A stretch of DNA of 31,986 nucleotides from Promethearchaeia archaeon (lineage in GTDB: Archaea > Asgardarchaeota > Lokiarchaeia > Sigyniarchaeales > SOKP01), in the NCBI GenBank assembly GCA_029856105.1, contig JAHQWH010000114.1:1-31986 (forward strand), given 5' to 3'. Below are positions 19,597-30,200 of this stretch, in pieces. A program made the translations under genes and the position numbers. Positions within the stretch are counted from its first letter, which is position 1; every line of letters starts with the position of its first letter. The notes beneath the pieces are model-generated. The model was not told the origin of the DNA, did not search any database, and saw only the letters and a program-made list of their open reading frames with translations.

Positions 19597-20193
19597 TTAA
19601 TATCTTAAGTTTTCAGTCACATTTCCGTAATCGTCTGCTAATTTTCTGCTTTCAAGATTTCCACATCTAGGACATCTTAATCGATCTTGTCCTATCTTCT
19701 TAAGATGTGTTCCACATATTAAGCAATCAGCATGAATAACTCCAAAATTTCTTCCAGAGGTGCTTAATTTATATTCGTTATAATTCTGCTCAATTACTTT
19801 TGCTCGAATAATATCGGTAGTTTGAAAAGCATCTGAGATCCTCTCGATGTATTTTTTTGATATCTGGGAAACATGAATATTTCCAAAATATGAGCTATTA
19901 AAATGAATTTTTTCATTGATTGTATGAAAATTAAGACCCACAGAATACTGCCTTAAAAACAGTGCAGTCCCGATTACCCGATCCCCAATCTTTACTGTTT
20001 TTCGATTTTCTTCTTGATGATTCCTTACTTCTATTAATCTTTTGTTCGTATCAATATTGATTATTCCAGTTTTAGATGCAATGATTTGACCATCTTTTAC
20101 GTAAGTAGACTGTTTATCGGGTAGAAATTCTTCTACAACACCTAAATATTGACCCGTAAGAACGATTTCTTTATTTTTCGCTGACTCTTTCAT
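19597..20193 (-). CDS. csl4: Exosome complex RNA-binding protein Csl4
   Basis: VLTGQYLGVVEEFLP, S1 IHVSQIS...DIIRAKV, Zn ribbon CLICG...CPRCGNLESRKLA. Confidence 0.95.
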   Translation of the reverse strand: MKESAKNKEIVLTGQYLGVVEEFLPDKQSTYVKDGQIIASKTGIINIDTNKRLIEVRNHQEENRKTVKIGDRVIGTALFLRQYSVGLNFHTINEKIHFNSSYFGNIHVSQISKKYIERISDAFQTTDIIRAKVIEQNYNEYKLSTSGRNFGVIHADCLICGTHLKKIGQDRLRCPRCGNLESRKLADDYGNVTENLRY

Positions 20194-20302
20194 AATTTTA
20201 ACAAAATTCTTTTAATTTCCCTATTAAATTATAATTAATTAAAACAATTAAGTTTTTTCATAAATTTTAATTAATAAAATTATAGTATGGATATTTTAGG
20301 CG

Positions 20303-20947
20303 ATTGAGATTAATAAAAAAGATTTAATATCGTTAGTTCAACAAACACAAGTATTTTCTAATCCCAAAATCGAGTTAGAGCAATATTGCACTGATGCGAA
20401 TAGTGCGGTAGACATCATATATTTTGCGGGAATTGAATTTAACGACATTAAAAACCGCTTAATATTCGATCTTGGCGCAGGAACGGGCAGACTATCGATC
20501 TCTTGTGCGTACCTTCAAGCTAAGTATGTTTTAAGCATTGATATAGATTTTGACGCGATAAAGGATTTAAAAGGAAATGTTAAAGATTTGGACCTTGAAG
20601 CTGTAATTTTACCAATTTGTGCTGACATTAATAGGTTTGAAATCTCAGCGCAGTTATTTCCTAGAGAGTTAAATATTACGACAATTATGAACCCTCCTTT
20701 TGGAGTACAAAAAAAAACTGCAGATAGATTTTTTTTGCAAAAAGCCTTTGCTTTCTCGGATGTAGTTTATTCGATTCATTTAGCTAATGAAAAAGTTCAT
20801 AAATTTATATCTAAATTTGTAAGCTCACAAAACTGGAGCATCAATTACGTATTACCGTTTAATTTAGTTTTAGAAAGGACTTTTCCGTTCCATACAAAAA
20901 AGACAAAAAAAGTTGCTGTAAATGTTTATAGATTTATCAAAAATTAA
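20303..20947 (+). CDS. METTL5-like SAM-dependent rRNA adenine methyltransferase; true start well upstream of the listed ORF, probably ATT
   Basis: The frame of 20588 is open back to TAG at 20297. It adds FSNPKIELEQY and motif I DLGAGTGRL; catalytic NPPFG lies downstream. Confidence 0.88.
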   Translation: MEINKKDLISLVQQTQVFSNPKIELEQYCTDANSAVDIIYFAGIEFNDIKNRLIFDLGAGTGRLSISCAYLQAKYVLSIDIDFDAIKDLKGNVKDLDLEAVILPICADINRFEISAQLFPRELNITTIMNPPFGVQKKTADRFFLQKAFAFSDVVYSIHLANEKVHKFISKFVSSQNWSINYVLPFNLVLERTFPFHTKKTKKVAVNVYRFIKN

Positions 20948-20971
20948 AAAAAATTAAAAAAATAGACTTAA

Positions 20972-22276
20972 TTATTGAAATTTTTTCCAAGAATCTAAAT
21001 GTTTAGGATAATAAGCATTTGCTCCGAGGAATTCCTCAATTCTTAACAACTGGTTATATTTACAATTTCGATCAGATCTTGCTGTTGCGCCCGTTTTTAA
21101 TTGTCCTGTACAAAGTCCAACTGCTAAATCTGCTATGAAGGGATCTTCAGTTTCGCCCGAACGATGGGATACCATGACATTAAATCCATTTTTGAAAGCC
21201 ATTTTTGCCGCATTTATTGCCTCAGTTAGCGAACCAATTTGATTTACTTTTAATAACAACGCATTTCCCGCTTTTTCTTTGATTGCTTTTTCAAGTATTT
21301 TTATATTAGTAACTGTAAGGTCATCATCTACAATTTGTATTGATTTATCGACTTTTGCAGTTAAATTGGCAAAACCACTAAACGCTTTTTCGTCAAATGG
21401 ATCTTCTATTGACTTGAATGGATAGTCATTAATTAAGTCAAGATAATACTGCAACAATTCCCCTTCAGTTAACTTCTTACCGTCAATGTTGTATGTACCA
21501 TCCTCAAAAAATTCACTCGCAGCCGCATCCATTCCTAGGAAAAAATCAGTTCCCATTGAAAAGCCCGCTTCCTCAATTGCTTCTATGATAACCTCTACGG
21601 CATCTTTAGTTAAGGATAAGTTAGGAGCAAAGCCACCCTCATCACCCACATTAGTTGCTGAAGGCCCATATTTTTTAGCTAATAACTTCTTTAATGTTTG
21701 ATACACCTCTGAGACGTTTTGGATTGCTTGAGCGAAATTTGGTGCTCCTACGGGTAATATCATAAATTCTTGTATCGATAAATTGTTGCCCGCGTGTTCC
21801 CCCCCATTTAGAATATTGCAGCATGGCAAAGGTAATAAGAAATCTTTTCGAGTCTTATGATATGCTAATTCATGGAGATGAGCGAATAATGGTTTCTCAG
21901 ATAGAAGCGCGGCTAACTTTGCAACAGCTAAAGACACTGAAAGAATTGCATTGGCACCTAAGTTGCTTTTATTTTCCGTGCCATCAATTGCAATCATCTC
22001 CTCGTCAATATTGGTTTGTTCTCGAACATCAAATCCTTGTAGTTTTTTCCTTAAAATATCGTTAACATTTGATATTGCTTTAGTTACATGTTTACCTAAG
22101 AAAGCAGCTCCTCCATCCCTCAATTCAAGAGCCTCCAAAACGCCCGTTGACGCACCTGAAGGAACAGCAGCTCTTGCATAAATCTCACCTACATAAACAT
22201 CGGTTTCAACTGTTGGATTTCCACGCGAATCTAAAATCCAACGAGACTTAATATTTGTAATTTTAAAGTCTGTCAT
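20972..22276 (-). CDS. eno: Enolase (phosphopyruvate hydratase)
   Basis: DSRGNPTVE, PSGASTG, GDEGGFAP, SHRSGETED. Confidence 0.98.
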   Translation of the reverse strand: MTDFKITNIKSRWILDSRGNPTVETDVYVGEIYARAAVPSGASTGVLEALELRDGGAAFLGKHVTKAISNVNDILRKKLQGFDVREQTNIDEEMIAIDGTENKSNLGANAILSVSLAVAKLAALLSEKPLFAHLHELAYHKTRKDFLLPLPCCNILNGGEHAGNNLSIQEFMILPVGAPNFAQAIQNVSEVYQTLKKLLAKKYGPSATNVGDEGGFAPNLSLTKDAVEVIIEAIEEAGFSMGTDFFLGMDAAASEFFEDGTYNIDGKKLTEGELLQYYLDLINDYPFKSIEDPFDEKAFSGFANLTAKVDKSIQIVDDDLTVTNIKILEKAIKEKAGNALLLKVNQIGSLTEAINAAKMAFKNGFNVMVSHRSGETEDPFIADLAVGLCTGQLKTGATARSDRNCKYNQLLRIEEFLGANAYYPKHLDSWKKFQ

Positions 22277-22389
22277 TTTAAAATTTCCTACTCTATTTAT
22301 TAAAGTTCTGAAATAAAATAAAGAAACTTTAATTCTTAATAATATTTTTTTATATATTATTATAGCCTTTATTAGAATTTAGAGTTTAA

Positions 22390-23361
22390 ATGTCAACGGA
22401 TAACAAACCTTGGGTAGAAAAGTATAGACCTCGCTTTTTAGGTGATATCGTTAATCAAAAGGGAATTATAAAGCGTTTACAACAATTTATTAAAGATAAA
22501 TCGATGCCCCACCTCATATTTGCCGGTCCAGCAGGTACTGGGAAAACAACTTCTGCTCTAGCAATGGTTAGGGAGTTGTATGGTAGAAAAATGGCGATTA
22601 ATACTACTTTTTTGGAATTAAATGCAAGCGATGCAAGAGGTATTGATGTTATTAGAACTTACATTAAGGATTTTGCAAAAGCAAAACCTCCGTCTGACAT
22701 ACCGTTCAAAATTTTAATCTTAGACGAGGCGGACAATATGACGGCGCCTGCTCAGCAAGCACTAAGGAGAACAATGGAAAAATACACTAAAAATTGTAGG
22801 ATGGTTTTAATTTGTAACTATTCTAATAAAATTATCCCCCCAATCCAATCTAGATGCGTTGTTTTTAGATTCTCCTCTTTAAATAGAGAAGACATTAAAG
22901 AGAGAGTAAAATTTATCGCCAATCAAGAACAAATGAGCATAACCCCAGATGGGTTAATTGCTTTAGTAGATGTATCGAAGGGAGATTGTCGTAGAGCAAT
23001 AAATTACTTGCAATCCTGTGGTACAATTTCAAAAAAAATCGATCAAGATATAGTTTTTCGTGTTGCTGGCGAAGTACCATCAGATAAAATAAGAGAAATT
23101 TTAAAAACTGCAATTAAAGGGAAATTACAATTTTCCTTGAAATTGCTTAACGATATCATAAGAGAATACGGTTTGTCGGGTATTAATATTATTAAAAATA
23201 TACATCGAGAGATTTATGACTTACAAATTTCAGAAAACCTAAAAATTGAGCTTTCTAAACTATTAGCCGAATCTGAATACCGATTAAGCCAAGGAGGTAC
23301 AGAAGAGATTCAAATACAAGCGTTATTAGCCAATATTGTTATGTTGCATGAAATCAAATAA
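22390..23361 (+). CDS. rfcS: Replication factor C small subunit
   Basis: PWVEKYRP, GPAGTGKT, ELNASDARG, LDEAD, IQSRC; no intein. Confidence 0.97.
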   Translation: MSTDNKPWVEKYRPRFLGDIVNQKGIIKRLQQFIKDKSMPHLIFAGPAGTGKTTSALAMVRELYGRKMAINTTFLELNASDARGIDVIRTYIKDFAKAKPPSDIPFKILILDEADNMTAPAQQALRRTMEKYTKNCRMVLICNYSNKIIPPIQSRCVVFRFSSLNREDIKERVKFIANQEQMSITPDGLIALVDVSKGDCRRAINYLQSCGTISKKIDQDIVFRVAGEVPSDKIREILKTAIKGKLQFSLKLLNDIIREYGLSGINIIKNIHREIYDLQISENLKIELSKLLAESEYRLSQGGTEEIQIQALLANIVMLHEIK

Positions 23362-24186
23362 TTTTTTTTTTAAAGCGAATTTTTGCTCTTGTTCTCTAAA
23401 ATATTTATCCCTTCTCTCTTTTGATTTATTATCGGTTACGAAACTCACATTATTACCATAGTTGATATCCCACAAGATCAATCCAAAAGGATCAGCAGGT
23501 TGATAAGAGATATCTTTGGATGGGTCAAATAAATCTATAAATTCTTCATAACTGATTTTACCAAATCCTACTTCTAAAATCTTAGTTACCATTCGTCTTA
23601 TTTGTTGTCTTAGAAAAGCTCTGCTTTTAAAATCGAATATAATAAAATTCCCTTCTGTAATAATTGATGTCGAAATCATATCTCTAACATTTTTTACTTT
23701 TTCTTTTCCTGGTTTAGAAAAATTTTTAAAGTTATGTCGGCCCTCTAGAGCTTTACATACCTTTTCCATCGCCTTAAAATTAACTATGGAGTCGTCTTTA
23801 GGGATAGCTTTTGGATATGTCATAATATATTTGTAATGCCTAAAATATGCGTTATATCTTGAATAAAAGTCAGTTGGAACTTTGGAATAAGCCCAAACGC
23901 CAATATTTTTTGGCAAAGCAGAATTTATTTCCATCAATATGGGTATTTTTTCAGTAATAAAAGAAAATGTAGATCCCCGAGCTGAAACGAACTTATCGGT
24001 CCTACTTGCCACTTCAAAACCCGATTTCTTAGCTCCAGGTATATAGTTCTTTTCTTGTAATGCTGTTAGTAAGCATTCTTCAATGGTTAAATAATTGGGT
24101 TGTCGTTGAGAGCCGAAATATTCATCCGCTCCTATGTAATAAAATTTAAAGAGATATCTTGTTTTTTCCATTCCTAATAATTTCAT
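23326..24186 (-). CDS. truA: tRNA pseudouridine(38-40) synthase TruA
   Basis: GSQRQP, ASRTDKFVSA, GRHNFKNFS, FLRQQIRRMV. Confidence 0.94.
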   Translation of the reverse strand: MKLLGMEKTRYLFKFYYIGADEYFGSQRQPNYLTIEECLLTALQEKNYIPGAKKSGFEVASRTDKFVSARGSTFSFITEKIPILMEINSALPKNIGVWAYSKVPTDFYSRYNAYFRHYKYIMTYPKAIPKDDSIVNFKAMEKVCKALEGRHNFKNFSKPGKEKVKNVRDMISTSIITEGNFIIFDFKSRAFLRQQIRRMVTKILEVGFGKISYEEFIDLFDPSKDISYQPADPFGLILWDINYGNNVSFVTDNKSKERRDKYFREQEQKFALKKKLFDFMQHNNIG

Positions 24187-24335
24187 CTTTATAATTATAT
24201 TAATTTTATGTAAGAAATCGGAATTTTCGAATAAATTAAACTCATGTTATAATATTAAGATAGCCCATTATTTCTGTTCTCCTCCAAATATTTACGTTCG
24301 CTTATTTTTTTTGGTTTATAAAAAAAGGGTTAAAA

Positions 24336-24506
24336 TTAAAGTCTTCTCCTCGATTCTGGGAAGCTCTCCATTGAAATATCCAGTGCTATGTAGCTGGAAA
24401 GGGTAGGCTCTTTCCCCTCGTAGATCTTTTGCCAACATAGAGGACAAATGCCGTCTTTAGCGATTATTGTGGGTTCTGTACATAAAATGCAATTCGAAAA
24501 TCTCAC
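24336..24506 (-). CDS. Unannotated 56-aa zinc-finger microprotein (CxxC...CxxC)
   Basis: GTG start with GAGGT 9 nt upstream; MRFSNCILCTEPTIIAKDGICPLCWQKIYEGKEPTLSSYIALDISMESFPESRRRL. Confidence 0.65.
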   Translation of the reverse strand: MRFSNCILCTEPTIIAKDGICPLCWQKIYEGKEPTLSSYIALDISMESFPESRRRL

Positions 24507-24982
24507 TTTATTAATACCTCGATTTTTGGTTAATTTATGTTAATTATTTGTAATTTATATAAATTTGGGGGTATTTAATTTATTGAATCGTTGTTTTAGC
24601 AAAATCGTTTGGCTTTGAGGGTGGCTCTTGGTCGATTTTAGAGGCTTGTGGTATTTGCAGAGAAATAAGAGGAGGCTTTGTGAGAACTAAAGTTCTAACT
24701 TATCGGAAAAAAGCAAAAAAAAAAAATATGACTATTTAAAAACTGCAGGGATAAAAATTAGCAAGTTTGAATCTAAAAAATCAGAGATACTTTCTCTTTA
24801 GTATTTAGCAACCGTATACCGCTATTTATGGGCGAGAACGCGAAGCCCTTAGTCCCCACAGTTGAGGATCTTTATTTAATAAAATAGAGGTTGTTAACCT
24901 GTTAATTTACAAAACAATCGTTAAGAAAATTTCTGCTCAATGAAAAAATTAAAGAAAATAAAAAAAAGGTTTGAAAATTTGT

Positions 24983-25468
24983 TTAAAAGTTTTTAAAAAC
25001 GGATTCAAATTCGTCTAGAAAGTCTTCAAAACTTGTTTCGTCTGGCAAATCGTTTTTTAAAAAGCTATATTGGGTAAATAACATAGATCCTTCTTTTGGA
25101 TGTAAAAAACCAAACTTTCTGTAAACTTCTTGCGATAACGACTCCAAATCGTTGTGTTTAGAAAAAAAATCTTTTACGTGAAACCATAACGCTTTCTTGT
25201 CTTCAAAAACGTCGTAATAACTTAAGTAATTAGTGTTCGTTCTAAAATTGCCTTCTACCGCTTCTATTTGAAACACGTAATTATTATTGCGTTGAAGGAT
25301 TTCCATTTGAAAAAAACCTTTTGTTACCGATTGAGGATTATCTGGATAACACCGTTCGTAATGTCCAAAATTAAAAAAAAAGTTGGTTTTTAAATCTTTT
25401 ATAATTTTATTGAAAACGTCTCGCTTAACGGTCTTTAGAAAAACCTTTCTTACCTTACCAATTACCAC
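24983..25468 (-). CDS. Hypothetical protein
   Basis: 161-aa ORF; its GTG start overlaps the stop of the upstream 61-aa ORF; no family recognised. Confidence 0.7.
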   Translation of the reverse strand: MVIGKVRKVFLKTVKRDVFNKIIKDLKTNFFFNFGHYERCYPDNPQSVTKGFFQMEILQRNNNYVFQIEAVEGNFRTNTNYLSYYDVFEDKKALWFHVKDFFSKHNDLESLSQEVYRKFGFLHPKEGSMLFTQYSFLKNDLPDETSFEDFLDEFESVFKNF

Positions 25469-25647
25469 GATAATCTACCCTCTGTAATTAAAACGTTGAT
25501 AAATAAGGCTTTATCTTCGTTGGATGACTCTCTGAACTTCTGGGCGTTCTCTGGAGAAAGCTCTTTTTCGACTATGGGAAAACGCGATTCGTGGAAAAAG
25601 TATTCGTAAAGTTGGGTATCTGACTTTTCTTTAACCTTTTCATTCAT
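25462..25647 (-). CDS. Small hypothetical protein
   Basis: 61 aa, AAGGT SD-like motif upstream, overlaps the next ORF. Confidence 0.6.
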   Translation of the reverse strand: MNEKVKEKSDTQLYEYFFHESRFPIVEKELSPENAQKFRESSNEDKALFINVLITEGRLSW

Positions 25648-26157
25648 GCTATTTTTACCTTTATTAATTTATTTTTTGGTTTTTGGATATAAAAATATTG
25701 GGGAAATCATCGGTTAAATAACATTGGGGCGTTAAGGTTTACTGAATTACCAAACAAGGGTTTACACCAATTAAATGGGGGCATATCAATTATTTATGCG
25801 AAGCTATTGTTCTCTTTGGCTAATCCTTTTAAACAAAGTAGGAGAGAATGAAGGAATAAAAAGAAAGAAAAAAAAGGAAAATCAAATAATGTAACCAGAA
25901 AAATAGACACGATTCCATAATTATAGGGGATAGTTTAATTAGAAAAAAAATCGGTATCAAGCGAAAAAATAGATAAAAAATTCAATGGTTAGGGATCGGA
26001 AACTAAAAAATCGAATATTAATTTTTATCGGACTTTTTCGCGTGAGCCATAACTCCCATTAGTTAAGGATTAATAACAAAAGTCTGAAAATTTTCGATCG
26101 AGAAAACGATATAATATAAAAAGGAAAAATTCCGGCGATATAGTAAACCGGCTAATT

Positions 26158-26172
26158 GAAAAGATTTATATA
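26158..26172 (+). promoter_or_regulatory. Putative archaeal BRE-TATA promoter just upstream of the intron insertion site
   Basis: GAAAAGA followed by TTTATATA, about 30 nt before the intron 5' end. Confidence 0.5.
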
Positions 26173-26202
26173 CTCGCCAAATAATGTTATTTCAAAGAAA
26201 GA

Positions 26203-27053
26203 GTGCGACAAGAAGTTTTATGTTCGAATATAGGACTTGGAAACGAATGTTTTCAAAAACTGATATCGAGATGACCGATAATGGCTACCCGAACATGCAT
26301 CGTTAGTAATGATGGTGTGTGAAGCTTTGGGGACAATGTACTTTCAGCATTTAGCTATAGAGTGGTCTGAAGGGCTAGCCAAAGAACCTATGGGAAACTA
26401 AGGTGAAGGTGCGATAAACCTCGTTATGAAAAATCGGCGAAATGTAGCTGATACGCCGAGACCAAAATGGTGAGTTGTCAGGTAGAAATGGTTCTTTCTC
26501 ATTTCTTTGTTATCCATTGTACAACCGGGGGAAAGTGCCTCTCTAAGGGCTCTGTTGAAAGTCGGACATAAGGAACTTGGTAAACCCAATGAGCCCCATA
26601 CATATATATGGGATGGTATCTTGACCGTGAGGAAAGGGTAAGGCTTAGTGGGCAGAGGATGCTGGAAAAAGCGAATGCCATGTTGTAATGATATGGATAG
26701 GGCTGTGGTTTTGATTAAACTACAGAGATACCCAGCCTGAAAGGGTGCTGACTTCCTAAGCAGGTCTCAACGAAAGAAACATATTGAAAAATCTTAACTG
26801 GAGGTGAAGTTAGACGATGTGTGAAAGCATTGAACAGAACAAAGGGCGTGTAGTAGATTGGGATTGTATCCAATGGGATATTCCCAGACGACACGTAAGA
26901 CGGCTTCAAGAACGAATCTTTCGAGTAACCCGTTATAAGGACTGGGCGAAGGTTAAAAACCTTCAGAAACTCCTTGTTAGATCACATTCTGCGAGGCTCT
27001 TGGCTGTTAGAAGAATCACGCAGGAAAATAAAGGCAAGAATACGCCGGGAATT
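26203..27053 (+). mobile_element. 5' portion of a group II intron (IIB/chloroplast-like type): DI-DIII and start of DIV; DV/DVI not found
   Basis: Starts GTGCGACAAGAAG. Stem-loop AGAAATG-GTTCTTTCT-CATTTCT (26484-26506) presents EBS1 TCTTTCT, complementary to the 5' exon AGAAAGA (26196-26202). Several GNRA-capped hairpins, a DIII-like GCGAATGCC...GATAGGG segment and an RT ORF start are present. Confidence 0.88.
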
Positions 27054-27242
27054 ACAACGTCGACTGCGGCAAAACCTTTACTTTACCAAGTCTCTCGAAG
27101 CTATAATTTCGGAAAAATATTCGGGTTTCGAAGATTTTCTATCCGAGACTTGGGCAGAAGATTTGATAAAATCGACCATTTATTACAAAGTTCGCGTAGT
27201 TTTCGATCGGTTCGTTCCCGACACCACAGACGAGACCAATAG
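26817..27242 (+). pseudogene. Truncated group II intron reverse transcriptase/maturase (N-terminal RT0 region only; homology ends ~27053)
   Basis: WDCIQW...VRRLQERIFR...VKNLQKLLVRSHSARLLAVRRITQENKGKNTPGI, then unrelated sequence where DG is expected; GGAGGTGA SD upstream; no YADD. Confidence 0.88.
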
Positions 27243-30200
27243 CCTGGCTTTAGCTCAAGCGACCTCTTACGCAATTATGGACTATTTTAACCAGTATACA
27301 TACGCCGAGATCAGCGCCAACATGATTTCGGAGATTGCCTACACCGAGACTCTTACTTTCTGGTCCACTTTAATCAGCGCGCCCCTCGTGTATTTCGGTT
27401 CTTGGGCAGTAAAAGGTACGGAAGCTATGATGGCTCAAGCAAGCGTAGAGTCAGTAAAGGCATTATTACTCAATGGAGTTAAAAAAATGGCTCTAAGTCC
27501 CATTATGGAGGTATTCGATGAAATCATTAAAGACGGTTTTAGAGAAGCGTTAATAGAAAACGCGGTAAGCATCGCGGGAGGAACGGACGACTTAGGTTTC
27601 TGGTTGTCCTCTTTGAGCACCTCATACAGAGAGGTTAAAGGCGCGTTAGGGCAGCTATCGCTCGGACCATCCACCAACTTGAAAACTACGATATCGCTAA
27701 TACATGCCGTGTCCTCGGGAGACATCGATACTATTTTAGAAATTAAACAAAGAATCGATCAAGACTTAAAACTAAAGCAAGAAACAGAAAAAGCTAAGTT
27801 AGCTCAGATGAGTTTCTGGGACAAAATGCTCAAGACCGACTTCTTGAAAGGCCTTTTCATGGTAATTCCCTCGGTTCTTTTCGGCTCTTTTAGCTTCGTC
27901 GCGCTATCCGGCCTTACCAAGATGGTAACGAGCTCAATTAAGCTTTCTCCGGCGGCATACGCGAAACTCGAATCGTCGAAACACAATAGAAGAAAGAAGG
28001 CGGCTATAAAAGCGATCGGAGGTCAAGAAGCCAACTCAGTAAATAATGTATTTACCGATAGAGTTTTAGGGCAAACGAAAAAGCCCGCCGAGCTAGACTC
28101 AGCAAAAGCGGACATCGATGAGAAATATAAAGACCAACAAAATTCTGAAAAAGAAAATCCATCTTTAGTGGCGTTTCTTTCCAGTATTAATTACAATCCA
28201 AAAGTTGTTTTATCAAAACAAGAGCTTACTAAAAGATTTAACGAGATACAACTCTCCAATTGGATAATAACTGATCTTGCTGAAGATTATCGACTTAAAG
28301 ATAAAAAAGCAGAATTCGAAAAAATAAGAAAAAGCACGAGAAAAATCGATTTCAGGCAAAGAATAGATGAAATAACGAAAGTCATAAAGAACGTAATCAA
28401 AGAAAAATACCCGAGCAGTTTAAGGTTTGTCGATATTACCGGTATAGAATTGTACGACCCTAACTTTGTGTTAGTAGGGAGAATGGCAAGAAATAGGCAG
28501 AACTTCATAAAAGAATATCGCGGAACAGAATCCTACGTACCACGTGTATCCGAGAATATAATTAGCACGATGACGGCGGTCGAAGTGCTCGACTATTTAA
28601 ACGAGCAACACTACGGATTTGACCAGAGCGAGAGTCTTGTTATGATGATGATGGATGGTGCAACAATTCCCGACCACGTTATACTTGCCGATTGGTTGGA
28701 CGCTAAAGGTTATAACATTCGCGACGATGTAATAGTCTTGCCGGCTAACCTTGTTTCAGACGGTAAAGAAAGGTTTACTGAAGAAAATTGGGAAAAGGGA
28801 ACTCCTTCGCCCTATTATCCATTAATAGAAAGGCTATATAGCGAAGTGGGCTATCTTTTCGAAAGAGCAGGTTTAATCACCCAACCCAGTGGAAAATATC
28901 TATCTTACGACGATATAATATACGAATTATCCGATTTTATGTACGAAAATTCTATGGACATACCCGATCTTAGATTGAAAAACTATAAAAACGGTTATGA
29001 TTTTAAACCTAAATCTTATATTTATTTTAAAGATTTATTTGAATTCATTGGAAAATTGGAAAGCTCTTTACCAGAAGAAACGGCTAAGATTTATGTTTCA
29101 GAGCTTAAATCCATATTCGACGAGCGCGCGTTTTCCGTTTTTGGCGGAATAGCTAAGAACCCGTTTTACAACGACGCAAGATTTATCTCCTATAATACCT
29201 TGTATGTATTGCAAAAGTATAAGATTGTTACTTCGACTTCACTTGATAATCTTAAGGATGACTTCTTTTTAGATAATTATGAACTTAAAAATTTCTTTAA
29301 AAGTTTTGATAAGAATTTGGTAAAGGCTTATACGCCCGCCGATCATCCACGCAATAAAGATAAGAAATATGTTCCCGATACCCTTCGAGAAAGAATACGA
29401 GAAGCGTTAGATGCCAAGCAATTTGATTTGGAAGAAAACGAGCTAACTCGAGCCAGAAAAGACCTCATCTTGGGAGAGATCTTTTCTTTATTCGACGATC
29501 TCGATAAAAAGACCCAAAGCTATTGGAACTGGTATAAACTGTTCACGACAGGAGACAAAAGCGAGAATTATTTAAGAGAAAAAAGTATAAATACCAACTT
29601 CTTGCTGGAACTGGTGTTTTCTAACGATCTTTTACCGCAACTACAATATAAAAACGATTTAGCCAAATTATTTTTCGGGTCTACTGGAACTGCGCCAAAT
29701 TTTAACGAGAAGTTTATAATCAACGACAACCCAACATTATCTACTCTTTTGACTATGGAGTTTGTCGTATCTAGATGGAGCAAAAACGACTTCGAAGCAC
29801 TTTCTCAACAATCTGGCTGGAAAACAGAAGTAAAAGTCACCCCTCAAGACCTGAAGCAAGCAAAAGTAGCTATAATTAATAAAATCAACGAGTACATAAA
29901 ATCAAGGGGTTACATTGCGGACGAGTTCACACGCTACCGCATTGATTGTACCCAAAAAGATATTTTACCTGAATTTGATTTCGTTAAAGCGATGTTTGAT
30001 TTCGCCACCGAAATCGAATACATTGACCAGCTAGACGAGAAAATGATTAGTAAGATAGAATTATCTCAGAGCAGTAAAAATATCAGAAAACTTTTAGGAA
30101 TCGAAGGAGTCAATTTATTAGGGAATTTAAAGCAAGGGATCTTCTTTTCACCCAAAACTATGGAGTCAATAATAACACCTCTTCAATTAAAACTTCAAGG

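Noticed and set aside
23326-23361. 36-nt convergent overlap of rfcS and truA
   Set aside because: Short 3' overlaps are common in compact archaeal genomes.
24680-24739. 19-codon ORF after GGAGG
   Set aside because: Too short and dependent on a 12-A homopolymer; no further support.
24823-24870. GGGC...GCGAAGCCC small hairpin as a SECIS or ncRNA
   Set aside because: Only a 4-bp stem, and no in-frame TGA selenoprotein candidate nearby.
26398-26909. Three minus-strand ORFs of 60-64 aa
   Set aside because: They lie antisense to structured intron RNA domains and have no protein features.
26817-27242. RT as part of a DGR, retron or CRISPR-RT system
   Set aside because: Only the group II intron RT0 region is present and it is embedded in intron RNA; I saw no template/variable repeat pair, msr-msd or cas genes.
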